Below the pieces are notes generated by a model. The model was not told the origin of the DNA. It was given only the letters and a program-made list of their open reading frames with translations, and made no database searches. A stretch of 64,000 nt of DNA from Hydrolagus affinis (taxonomy: Eukaryota). Within the stretch, counting starts at the first letter, position 1. Each line of letters opens with the position of its first letter. Positions 54,076-64,000 of this stretch are shown here, in pieces. Location: NCBI GenBank assembly GCA_012026655.1, contig JAAILG010000227.1, positions 1 through 64,000 on the forward strand, given 5' to 3'. The position numbers and the translations under genes are program-made.

Positions 54076-54537
54076 TAATTTTTTTTTAAGTGCAGAAATT
54101 AAAGTGGAAGGAATCCATTCCTTTAGTTAAAAAACAGCTTTTGGTACAGTGCACTATTACATCAAAGTGTCTCAAAGCATCTTCTAACAATCAGTTGCCT
54201 AGAAGTGTAGTGACAATTGTTATGGCAAACAAAGCAGCAAGTCTGCACCGGCAACATATAAAGAGCAACTAGATGAATAGCAAAATACTATCTGTTTGTT
54301 GTGTTTGCATGAGGGAGGAATGTTGGTCATTTAAAAACCAGTGCTTTTGTTTAACCATCACCCACTTCATAATAAACAGCAATGTCTGCAGTGCTTTTCT
54401 TTCAATGATGGAAAAATAATGGATAATTCTGTGGTAGTTGTGGTGCAATTAATGAAATGAAAGTTAAGATTGTACTCTGAATCATTATTCTTATTTAATG
54501 ATTACTTTAATTCATTCCCTCCTTTTACTGTTAACAG

Positions 54538-54603
54538 GGATCTGTCTTACAACTTGATCGAGGAATTACCAAGTTTCTTTGGCTGCCAGAAGCTTCAGAA
54601 AAT
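54538..54603 (+). CDS. LGR5: LGR5 exon 12 (LRR)
   Basis: taacag acceptor, 66 nt, gtaagc donor; DLSYNLIEELPSFFGCQKLQKI. Confidence 0.95.
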
Positions 54604-54831
54604 GTAAGCCACAAGCCGACAGTGGTAGCAAACTGCTTTGTACTCTTCAGAGGTGAAAATGACCTAAGAGTTCATCTGTTAACTGATGACACCTGTCAAA
54701 AAAGCGACTTGGTGTTTAAAGAGCTGAACTTTTTCCCATTAGAATTCTTCTCCCGTAAGCAATGTAAACACCATCCATCAGTTGAGTGGTTGCTCTTTAA
54801 ACTGCAGTGTTCCATCTGTTTGCATTTTCAG

Positions 54832-54903
54832 AGACTTGCATCACAACAAAATTGGTGAAATTCAAGATGACACATTTCAGCAGCTCACTGCCCTGCGATC
54901 ACT
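54832..54903 (+). CDS. LGR5: LGR5 exon 13 (LRR)
   Basis: tttcag acceptor, 72 nt, gtgagt donor; DLHHNKIGEIQDDTFQQLTALRSL. Confidence 0.95.
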
Positions 54904-56829
54904 GTGAGTACCTCAGCATTAACTCTTGTGGTTGCTTGATGCTTTCTTTCAGACTTCGAACAAAGTAAACAATTCTACTCCATGTAACAGTGACAAATAA
55001 GGCAAATTCAGTTTGTGAAATTCGTTTAAATTCGTTTAAAAATAATGAAGTTAATCGAATTGAATCCTTTTTTTTATTACCTTATTAACTTTACTTTATG
55101 TTTATCTTAGCTTTAATAACATAATTTGCAAATTTGGCAGTGGTTAGCAGTTTCTGAGGTTATTTTGTATTTAAACAAGATTTGTTCCACATGTGTGCAA
55201 CACACGTTTCCATAAGATTTCAAAACAAAAACAAAAATCCCCCCCATTGAGCAGAGCACAGGGGAAAAGGAAAGGGGATAAAACAAAATTTGTATGTCAT
55301 TTTTAAATGACATACAATTCTGTCATCCCTGGCATTGTTGGCATTAACAGCAATAGAGAGAAGCATGCGTATCATACATCCAACCATATTATATAAAATC
55401 ATATGTCAATATGTAAATGGCAGAACAGCTGAGGATTTAGTAGATGGAAGCTTAGCATTGACATACATTTTTGAGGTATAAGCCGTATATCTGACACATG
55501 CGGAAACCCATCACCATGCTTAAAAATATCCAGACCAAACTACATCATGTGCGACACACAGTTAAACACATACATTCCCTCCAAGGCTCAGTGGGGAACT
55601 GGACCACACGTCCCACTTTGCTTTCCGTTTTTTAGACTTAAAAGGAAAATAACTCAGTAGGGCCAGAGCTATGTTTCCCCAGAGTAAAGGTTTAGAGTGT
55701 AGTCGGGCCAGGAAACATGTGATGTTGAAAATATGAAAATATGAAAATGGTATTTAACTACACAAGCCAAAAAGATCCAAGGTCTGTGGTGAGTTAGCAG
55801 CGAGTTAGCAGTGAGTTAGCTGATCTCAACTGGGACAGCATTGAGATCACCACAGTTGCCCCCCACATAGGGTCAGGTAACCTCATGGATTAATCTGTCA
55901 ATAGTGGTTCAAAGAACAAGTGAGAGAATAAGAAAGTTGAGAAAATATAAAGAAAATGAGACAACAACTTTTAAGATAATAATAATAATCCTTCCATTTG
56001 ATATAGCACTTTTCACATCTTCTGGACATCTCAAAGTGCTTTACAGAATATACTGTAAAGTAAATTGACTGTATATTTGTAGGTGAAATTTATTATTATT
56101 AAATAATACGGTCAGGGTTGCTGTTGTTGAGTTATTCAATTATGCCAACAATAATGTTTAGGGTCTCTGTACCTAAGCTGAAATGTACAGAACCAGGGAG
56201 CCCAAAGTCCTTGGAATTGACTGGGGTTTTACATCTATGGACCTGAAAGCATTCTTAAGAATTAAACATCAGTTTGGCAACATCTAACTACCTTTTCATG
56301 GAATCGCACCCATCTTATAAGGCAATTCAGAGAACAATATTTATATCTCCCACTTGACAACAGGTTTTGCCAAACGCTGAGGAGGGCTCTACTTTGGAAG
56401 AATTAAACAACACAGCTCTGCTAATCGGCAACAAATGTAGGTCACTTTTATTCAGGTCTTTTGAGAGCTGGTTGTGCAACCTCTTTTAAAAGATGAAAAC
56501 TCGAGAAATATGAAGTGACTATTTTGAGTGGAGATTAGTTTGATTGGCACTGCCTTCATTTCTATTACAATGGTATAGGTCAATGTCCAGTTGAAACTAA
56601 ACTTTCAAGGTAGTTTCGTCAAGTAATTCGTCCTTGCCTGAAGATTGTAAACATGATTTAAAACGTTTTTTTTTGCATCCAATTATTGTGAAAAGACAAT
56701 ATAAATGGGGCATTCATCTTTATCTTAGTCCAATCTGTGTCCAATCTAATTCACATATTTCAAAGCACCTGTTATATAAGAGAGTTTTGTTGTGTCTGCA
56801 CACTGTTTAGGAATATTCACTCAGGCAGG

Positions 56830-56990
56830 GATTTCTCATGGCTGCTTCTAAGGCATTGCTGTGTGTAAGTTGGCTGCCATATTTGCTTACAAAATGCACA
56901 TTCACTACGCTTTACATAAATCCTGTGAAGCGCTTTGAGTCATTTTCCCAACATGAATAGCACTTTATCGAGTGGAAGGATTATTCTATA
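56830..56990 (+). mobile_element. SINE 3' part abutting the exon 14 acceptor
   Basis: gctgtgtgtaagttggctgcc...gtgaagcgctttgag...aaggattatt. Confidence 0.75.
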
Positions 56991-57021
56991 TTATCAATAT
57001 TTTCAATATGTTTACTTACAG

Positions 57022-57093
57022 AGATCTTGGCTGGAACAAGATTGCGTTCATCCATCAAGATTCATTCACTTCTTTGCCATCCTTAATGAAACT
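57022..57093 (+). CDS. LGR5: LGR5 exon 14 (LRR)
   Basis: ttacag acceptor, 72 nt, gtaagt donor; DLGWNKIAFIHQDSFTSLPSLMKL. Confidence 0.95.
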
Positions 57094-57928
57094 GTAAGTT
57101 GTTTTATTCTATTTGCTCTATTACATGTAAATGATTTTTTGAACAATATTGAGTTGTGTAACAGAGTCTTGTCGTTTCTCCATTTATATTTTTCACATAA
57201 TTTTTTTTTCCTTGCCATTTTTAATCCTTCACTTATCTCCACTTATCTCTGGAAGGCATTTGATTCTGAGTTTCCTTCTATTGGAGCATGATTTCACAGG
57301 TTCCATGCACCATCCTGTGTCTCACCCACGTTACACTTTATTCGTGAGATTCATGAATAAAGTTGGCAGATTATTCAATGTGAAGGGCATCACAGCTAAT
57401 TCCAATCGTGTCCTTGCATTGCACACACACACATACATACACACACACTCCTTCCTACAGATGTAAGAGAGGTGAGGGCTCTGAATACGACCAGGCATCC
57501 GAGCAGATATTCTCCACTCCCTACCACCGGGAACTTAGTCCAACTGTAGGCATCATAAAGTATCCTAGTGATGCACGGGATATTATTAACTAATTCAAAT
57601 GTGTATTCTGCATGCATTTCACTCACAAAAGCAGTCACTACACTTTACAATATATACTGTGAAGTGCTTTGAGATGGCTCAACAACATGATAAGGTGCTG
57701 TATTATTGTTATTATGAATTCAGGACAGACCAAGGATCCAAACGTCACATCTCAGGCCTACCAATTCTATTTACATTAGTATTTTTTAACATATTGTGAT
57801 TATATCCTGTGTAAGAAGTATGTTGAAAAACAAATATTTAAGGGTCAGACAGCACAGGCAGGGATTTGTTCCTGAAGTAGAATATAAGACTTGTAGACGA
57901 TTTGCTTACCAGTGTTAATTTCTTGCAG

Positions 57929-58054
57929 CGATCTCACATTCAACCTGCTGTCATCTCTTCCTGTGGCTGGTCTAAATGGATTGAGACATCTAAAAATAAC
58001 AGGCAATCAGGCTCTACAGGACTTAGTACCGGTAGAAAATCTCCCTAACCTGAG
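57929..58054 (+). CDS. LGR5: LGR5 exon 15 (LRRs)
   Basis: ttgcag acceptor, 126 nt, gtacag donor; DLTFNLLSSLPVAGLNGLRHLKITGNQALQDLVPVENLPNLR. Confidence 0.94.
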
Positions 58055-58680
58055 GTACAGAAGCATACTTTATGTGCATTATTTCATTACATTCTCAGTG
58101 TGACCTAATCATAAAGTACTGTACCTAAGTACATGCAGCCACGTTGAGATGTAAAACTGAGAGTTTTCAATCATGAGATCATGAAAATTGCTTTGTTCAC
58201 AATAATGTACTATGTAGAATAGACCTCAGAGCAATAATAATAATAATAGTGATGCAAAGGAACTTTAAATGAAATCTGAATACAGTACTTAGCTAGTAAT
58301 TAGCCGTGCCTACACCATTTTGTAAGTGTTTACATGTACCCCACTTAAGAGTTTGTCTACATAAAACAGTCACCTGTTTACCTGGCATTATTTCTCAAAA
58401 GTGCTGTACTTCAAGATATTTTGATGTTACAGGTTCCCACAATCTTGTATAACAAATACAAGAATAATTACTGTATTATTTAGAATTTGCCTTTGAATTC
58501 AGCATCCAACCAGATCTCTGATAAGTGACCTCAAATTCACCTGTAGCTCAACTGCCAGTGCCTTCAACTCTTTGCTAGAAAATTGTGCAGAAATGAACTG
58601 TGGGTCTTCTCATCTACATAAAAGTAAATCACACCTCCTGAGGTTTTCCCTATCCAATGTTTCAATGTTTTCATTTGCAG

Positions 58681-58826
58681 GACTTTAGAAATGCCATATG
58701 CCTACCAGTGCTGTGCATGTGGATCTTGTAAAAACTCCTATAAACGTACCAGTCAATGGGCTAGAGCTGAAAACAGTAGTGCTGAAGAAGCTCTCAAACG
58801 GGATGCCGGAATGCTGAGTGCTCAAG
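58681..58826 (+). CDS. LGR5: LGR5 exon 16 (LRRCT/hinge)
   Basis: ttgcag acceptor, 146 nt, gtaagg donor; TLEMPYAYQCCACGSCKNSYKRTSQWARAENSSAEEALKRDAGMLSAQ. Confidence 0.94.
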
Positions 58827-59705
58827 GTAAGGTTGAAGTGCTGTTATTTCTGTGTCTCACTGGGTCTCTTAGAATTGTATAATTGGAGAACCAAGCATTT
58901 AGTCCTAATCATTTTCCCTTTCTATGAATCAATTTTATTATTTTATTTGTCCAATTTCCCTTTTTAAAATCAATTGTGGATTCTGCCTCAGCCACACAGG
59001 GCAATCCATGATGTGTAGAATTTCATAGAGTGTTTACAGAACAAAAACAGACCAATCTCGCCAGCTACCCCATTCTCTATATAAAAAATGCAAATAAGGT
59101 TTGGATCTTATCAATTCAACAAACACTTCAACATTTTAGCTCTAGTTCATTTTACCTCTTCCTGGATTAGCTGCCAGTTTGCATCAAAAATACAAGGTAC
59201 AAAGTTACCATTTTTAAAAAATAAAAGATAGTTTTCATGTTTATGCAGTCTTCTTAAACTTTACTACATATTGCATCACATTCTAAGTATTTCTCAATAT
59301 GATTCCTCCATGAGCTCCAGCTTTTTGATAGGGTATTTGAGCATTTTAAAAGATTCGAACCATGTCAACTGGTTGTGGAATAAATTGCAGTAGACATGTT
59401 TGGGAGGAAGTGAAAACTGTCAATAAAATCATCTATATAATGTTTCCTTTTAAAAAAAAGATTTAGTCCCAGTATAGTTTAGCCACTTTACGTTTTATCC
59501 ATAGCTACAGTTGCTCTGTCTTTAAGTGTAATAAATTTGTTCAAGGCACACCTCAAAACATACTTCTTTGGCGGCACTTTCCATTGGCTTTCTCCTTGCC
59601 ATTTCAAACTCAGGTACCCATCCAGTATTACCAAGTGCTTTGAGATGTTCTACTGACATGAAAGCTGTTATATAGATGTAAATTGTATTGTACTATTCTT
59701 TTCAG

Positions 59706-59789
59706 ATGATCATGACCTAGATGATTTCTCAGTTGATTTTGAAGAAGATCCTAAAGTTCAACTCTCTGTCCAATGCACTCCAATGCCAG
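59706..59789 (+). CDS. LGR5: LGR5 exon 17 (acidic hinge)
   Basis: tttcag acceptor, 84 nt, gtgaaa donor; DDHDLDDFSVDFEEDPKVQLSVQCTPMP. Confidence 0.92.
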
Positions 59790-60254
59790 GTGAAAAAGTA
59801 ACCATTTTGTTTTAAAAATGTACAAGTGGTCAGTTTAGAGTCATAACAAACATTAAGCAGCAGGGCTTTGACTGGGGGCTGTGCAGCCAGAAAGAGCAAG
59901 AGCTTCCCATAGTACAATCCAATCTGCTGCAAAGTATACATTCTCCCCACATCCTCTTTACAGTATATTCTGTCAAGAGCTTTGAGAAGTCTCAAAGAAG
60001 CAATAAGGCATTATATCAAATATAAGGATTATTATTATTATCAAAATCATTAAATGCAACGTGACTCTTATCGTAATAGAAATAACTACTTGAATGTTTC
60101 TTAATTATGATGTTTCATGATGGTTAAAAATGCTTTGCCATTTACTGAGAGCGTAAAGTATACTCAAAGCTAAATTTCACTATGGCTTTTCTTTGATAAG
60201 AAATGAAATTGGCAACATGTTAACAAAAGTTAATTTAATTCCTCTCAATTTCAG

Positions 60255-61348
60255 GTCCCTTCAAACCCTGTGATTACCTGTTCGGCAGCTGGATGATACG
60301 TCTTGGCGTGTGGACCATTGTATTGCTTTCTCTTATTTGCAATGGGTTGGTCACCACAACCATTTTTGGGTCTCCAGCCTTTCTATCCCCACCAAAGCTT
60401 TTAGTGGGCCTCATGTCAATGGTGAACTCTCTGATGGGTTGCTACAGTGGTATTTTGGCAGTTGTGGACATGCTAACGTTAGGCAGTTTCGCCAAATATG
60501 GAGCACGGTGGGAGAATGGAACAGGTTGTCAAGTTGGAGGTTTCTTTGCGGTGTTTTCTTCAGAAATGTCCATTTTCTTGCTGACCATTGCAGCAGTTGA
60601 ACGCACTCTCTCCACAAAATGTGCTACAAAGCAAGGGAAAGCACTGGGCAGTATCAAGATAGCAGCTGCTGTCTGTGCCATTTTGGCCTCCATAATAGCA
60701 ATGCTTCCACTCTTTCATGTGGGAGAGTATGGGATTTCCCCCCTTTGTTTTCCATTACCCTTTGGGGAACCATCCAATCTGGGCTTTCTGGTGGCTTTAG
60801 TCTTGCTGAACTCTTTCTGCTTTCTTGTAATGACTATAACCTACACAAAGCTTTACTGTACTTTGGAAAAGGGAGATTTGGACCATCTCTGGGACTGTTC
60901 TATGGTAAAACACGTGGCTTGGCTGCTCTTTACTAATTGTATTCTATACTGCCCAGTGGCCTTTTTGTCATTTTCTTCCTTGCTCAACCTCACGGTGATT
61001 AGCCCAGAGGTAATCAAATCAATACTCCTGGTGATTCTGCCATTGCCAGCATGCTTAAACCCATTGCTCTACATGCTTTTCAATCCACATTTCAAAGATG
61101 ATCTTGGATTTCTCAGGAAACACGCCAAGTTGTGGAAGAGATCAAAACCGGGGAGCTTAGCCTTTCTGAATTCAGAAGATGCGGAAAAACAGTCGTGCGA
61201 TTCCACTCAAGCGCTGGTAGCAAATCCAGGCACCGACACTGCTCTTAGCACATCTTGTAGCTCAATGGACAATATCTCAGTGCCATCCAATTACCAAATG
61301 ATGGAGACCTGTCAACATTCATCAGTCACATTTGTGCACTGTCATTAA
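60255..61348 (+). CDS. LGR5: LGR5 exon 18, coding part (7TM domain and C-terminal tail)
   Basis: tttcag acceptor; GPFKPCDYLFGSW followed by ORF 60293..61348 with seven hydrophobic helices, AAVER, DCSMVKHVAWLLFTNC, LNPLLY and KQSCDSTQALV; TAA stop. Confidence 0.97.
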
Positions 61349-62395
61349 ATTGCAACGGTCAAGGATCAACAAAACCAGTCTGCTTCAGGCAGTTTTAAGC
61401 GAACAATATGATTTATTTTTAAAATGAAAAACACACATTTGCGCCGCCTTCCTTCTCACCTAAAACATGTAAGACTCAATTGATGCAGCAGACAGAAGAA
61501 CATCATCAGTTATATAAACTACCCACAAAGTGTTTGCAGACTTCAAAGTAAAATGCAATACATTTATTTATCATTTGTGGCAGTTACCTTAACTGGACTG
61601 ACATATTGTTCATTATAGCCCAAACTATGCAATTCAATGGTGCAAATTAATTTAATCTTATTCCAAAGAAAATGCCAATTTATTCTGATTATGTCTGATA
61701 CCACTGCCTGGACTGTTTCATATGGTACATTGCAGCTCATGAACTCAATAGAAATGTAGCACAATCTTTCTAGGCATTTAAAAGCCTTGTGGATACAATT
61801 CCATCATAATGCATTGGTTAATATGATGGATCTATCTTCTACTTAATTTGCAATCATACTTTGTCTTTATAGAATGTGTCATGCAATAATTGCTAAACTT
61901 GGCAACTTTTTGTTTTTAATCAAGGGGATTCCATGATAATCCCTCACAACGGCATTCTATTGAGGTGTTGCAAGAAATGGTTTTCTAAACCTACTGACAT
62001 ATTTACACCTCTGCATCTATGAGACATGAAGAATGTCCTCTCTCAGACTCCTTAAAACGTTATGTGCCACTTATATGTGGGTGTTTAAGAGAAGCATCTT
62101 CACCCACAGAGTCCTGTGTCTATTGTATTTGAAAAGCACCTCTACTCCCTCCGTCAGTGTGTGTTCATACCTCACCTGCACCACTAGGTGACATGCAGGT
62201 AGAAGTGAGAATATCCTCAAAATATGTCTATGGTACATTCGCTTTCACAGAAATTTTATAATGTACCGGAGTTATTGGGGCATATGTGAATTTAACATCT
62301 GTGATTTTAATGAGTCAATATCTATGCTAAATTTCAGCCATATTTCTGGATGAAAAAGTGGGGAAACTGGCCCTGATCTGTGCTACCCCACATAC

Positions 62396-62465
62396 ACAAT
62401 AACAACAACAACAACAAAATTACATTTATAGAGCGCCCTTCACATCGAGAGGATGTCCCAAGTAC
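62396..62465 (-). mobile_element. L2 tail within the putative LGR5 3' UTR
   Basis: (CAA)n aaaattacatttatagagcgcccttcacatc, nearly identical to the tail at 19587-19625. Confidence 0.8.
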
Positions 62466-63141
62466 ACACACATTTTCAGGAGGAGCTACAGGTTAGCTCG
62501 GAATCTCAATCTGTGTCCCAACTTCATGTAGGTCAATTCTGTTCTATCACCACAATGATTGAATTTAGCTGCACAGTCAAATGTTCATTCATTGGATCAT
62601 CCAGATTTACATGGTTCTGCATGATGCACTCACCAGTGAACCACTGAGTGATATTGTGTTATTTGATTTTACATGTTTCTCTGTAAATTCACTGCTTGAT
62701 TTTTTTGCCATTTCCACACAGTCATGACCAAATAGAATGACCGAAAGACCCCAAATCACAAACATTGTATTAATTTGTACATTTACCAAAATTATGTACA
62801 ATTTATGTGATTTATTTTGTTGAGAGCTGTATCTTTAGAAAAGAGAACTGCACTTTTTCCAAAGTTAGGTTTAAGTAGTTTAGCAACAGTTATAGGTAAA
62901 ACCTTTTATTTTACAATGTGTACGGAAATTCATTTTAAAGCATAGTGTAAGCATATTCGAAAAAGAATTTAATTTGTGGGTCAAAATCAATGTCTCCTAC
63001 AAGAACCAGTCAGAGACGGAAAAGATAAAATGAATTCAGAAGTGCTTTAGAAGTGATCAAATATGCGCAACAAGCTATTCTAACTGTTGAATTACTTTTT
63101 TAAAAAACCAGATGTCTATAAAATATATGTACATTTATGAA

Positions 63142-63147
63142 AATAAA
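63142..63147 (+). terminator. Candidate LGR5 polyadenylation signal (would give a 3' UTR of about 1.8 kb)
   Basis: AATAAA with an upstream TGTA and downstream T-rich sequence; alternative AATAAA at 63441 and near 63793. Confidence 0.45.
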
Positions 63148-64000
63148 AGAAATGTATTTATTTCTGTTATAAGAATGGTACCATCTACCACTTTTTTATC
63201 CATGTGGGATGTTCTTGTGTAATACTTCACCCAGAAGGTTCGAATCTTAAATTCAATCCCACCCCGAAATCCGTTTGAATATACAATTTTCTGTGTGTTT
63301 CAAGGTAAGGTACTGAGCAAAAAAATGTATCACAGTGAAGTCAACATTTCTTGACTGTATATAATGTATGTAAACATTTAGCTGTAAATAGTTTGGCTAC
63401 TGGAGTTTTTATTTCAGAGAGAAAAATGAGAACACGTTAAAATAAATACTCACATTGAAACAATAGACAATCTTTTCATTATTACTTTAAATGTCCTTTT
63501 GGAACACTTTGTAATACATTTTTGTGTTAAACAGTATAACCAAATGCAACTGCAGCAAGGACACATGTTTTACAAATCTAAACCCTATAGTTGCTCAGGA
63601 AACACACTGAGCAATTAGGAATAGCCATACACATGGATACGAATGGACATTACCAATAGACTAATTAATTTCCTCCAAAAAGATAACTCTGCAAGTCTTA
63701 CCTTACTTTGGGATTAGAATTTTTTGCATTCAAATGACAGCTGACATTATCTAGGAGAATGCTGGACAGACACTAGAGTCCTATGTTTATGAAATAAACA
63801 AAGAATTTAGCTTACATTATAACTATCCTGGTGCTGCTCAATGCTTGACTTTGTAGCACAATAACAGCCAAGTCACCTATTCTCTGATGTTGTAGAGAAT
63901 GGCCTGGCATGGAGCAAACCATCTTCTTAATCCCTTGGTCTGCATTCATTTTGGGTTGTACCTATTCCTGGAACAAAAGATGGCTTTCCGATTCCAAACA

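Larger units (their letters stand above)
20761..61348 (+). other. LGR5: LGR5 gene body, coding exons 2-18 (5'-partial; exon 1 not in window)
   Basis: 17 GT-AG exons of 72,72,72,216,72,69,72,72,69,72,66,72,72,126,146,84,1094 nt join in one frame (838 full codons plus stop) giving LRR ectodomain, Cys-rich hinge and 7TM. HLHNNRIHSLGKKCFDGLHSLETL, GFHSNNI, TLTGAQI and KQSCDSTQALV match LGR5 rather than LGR4 or LGR6. Confidence 0.95.

Noticed and set aside
60255-61348. LGR4, LGR6 or a glycoprotein hormone receptor
   Set aside because: The 18-exon type B layout and diagnostic motifs (SLGKKCFDGLHSLETL, TLTGAQI, hinge and tail sequence) favour LGR5
62900-64000. 3' end of a convergent neighbouring gene such as ZFC3H1
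   Set aside because: Only generic minus-strand AATAAA motifs; no coding sequence seen
1-64000. CRISPR array, operon or other prokaryotic system
   Set aside because: Spliced vertebrate locus; recurring motifs are irregularly dispersed retroposon tails, not regularly spaced repeats

Overview
AT-rich vertebrate genomic DNA, most likely from a cartilaginous fish (inferred from the repeat families and protein divergence, not proven). The window holds one protein-coding gene on the + strand: LGR5, the R-spondin receptor. Coding exons 2-18 were reconstructed by hand (20761-61348; 2518 coding nt; all GT-AG introns; open frame to the stop codon). Exon 1 was not found and probably lies upstream of the 79-nt poly-G run that opens the window. 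The introns are packed with retroposon remnants: tRNA-headed SINEs with (TTA)n tails, Deu-domain SINEs, AmnSINE2-like SINEs, L2 and CR1 LINE 3' ends, and an unclassified repeat with 5 copies. They also carry Penelope-type terminal repeats with degenerate hammerhead ribozyme cores and small Tigger- and hAT-type MITEs. Apart from ORFs overlapping LGR5 exons or LINE remnants, the ORF track is noise. I found no convincing new biological system. The best second-look items are head-to-head hammerhead-core hairpins, TE tails abutting three splice acceptors, two unusual substitutions at conserved LGR positions, and repeated antisense nesting of L2 tails into SINE tails. Repeat family names come from remembered consensus sequences and need database confirmation; repeat boundaries are approximate.
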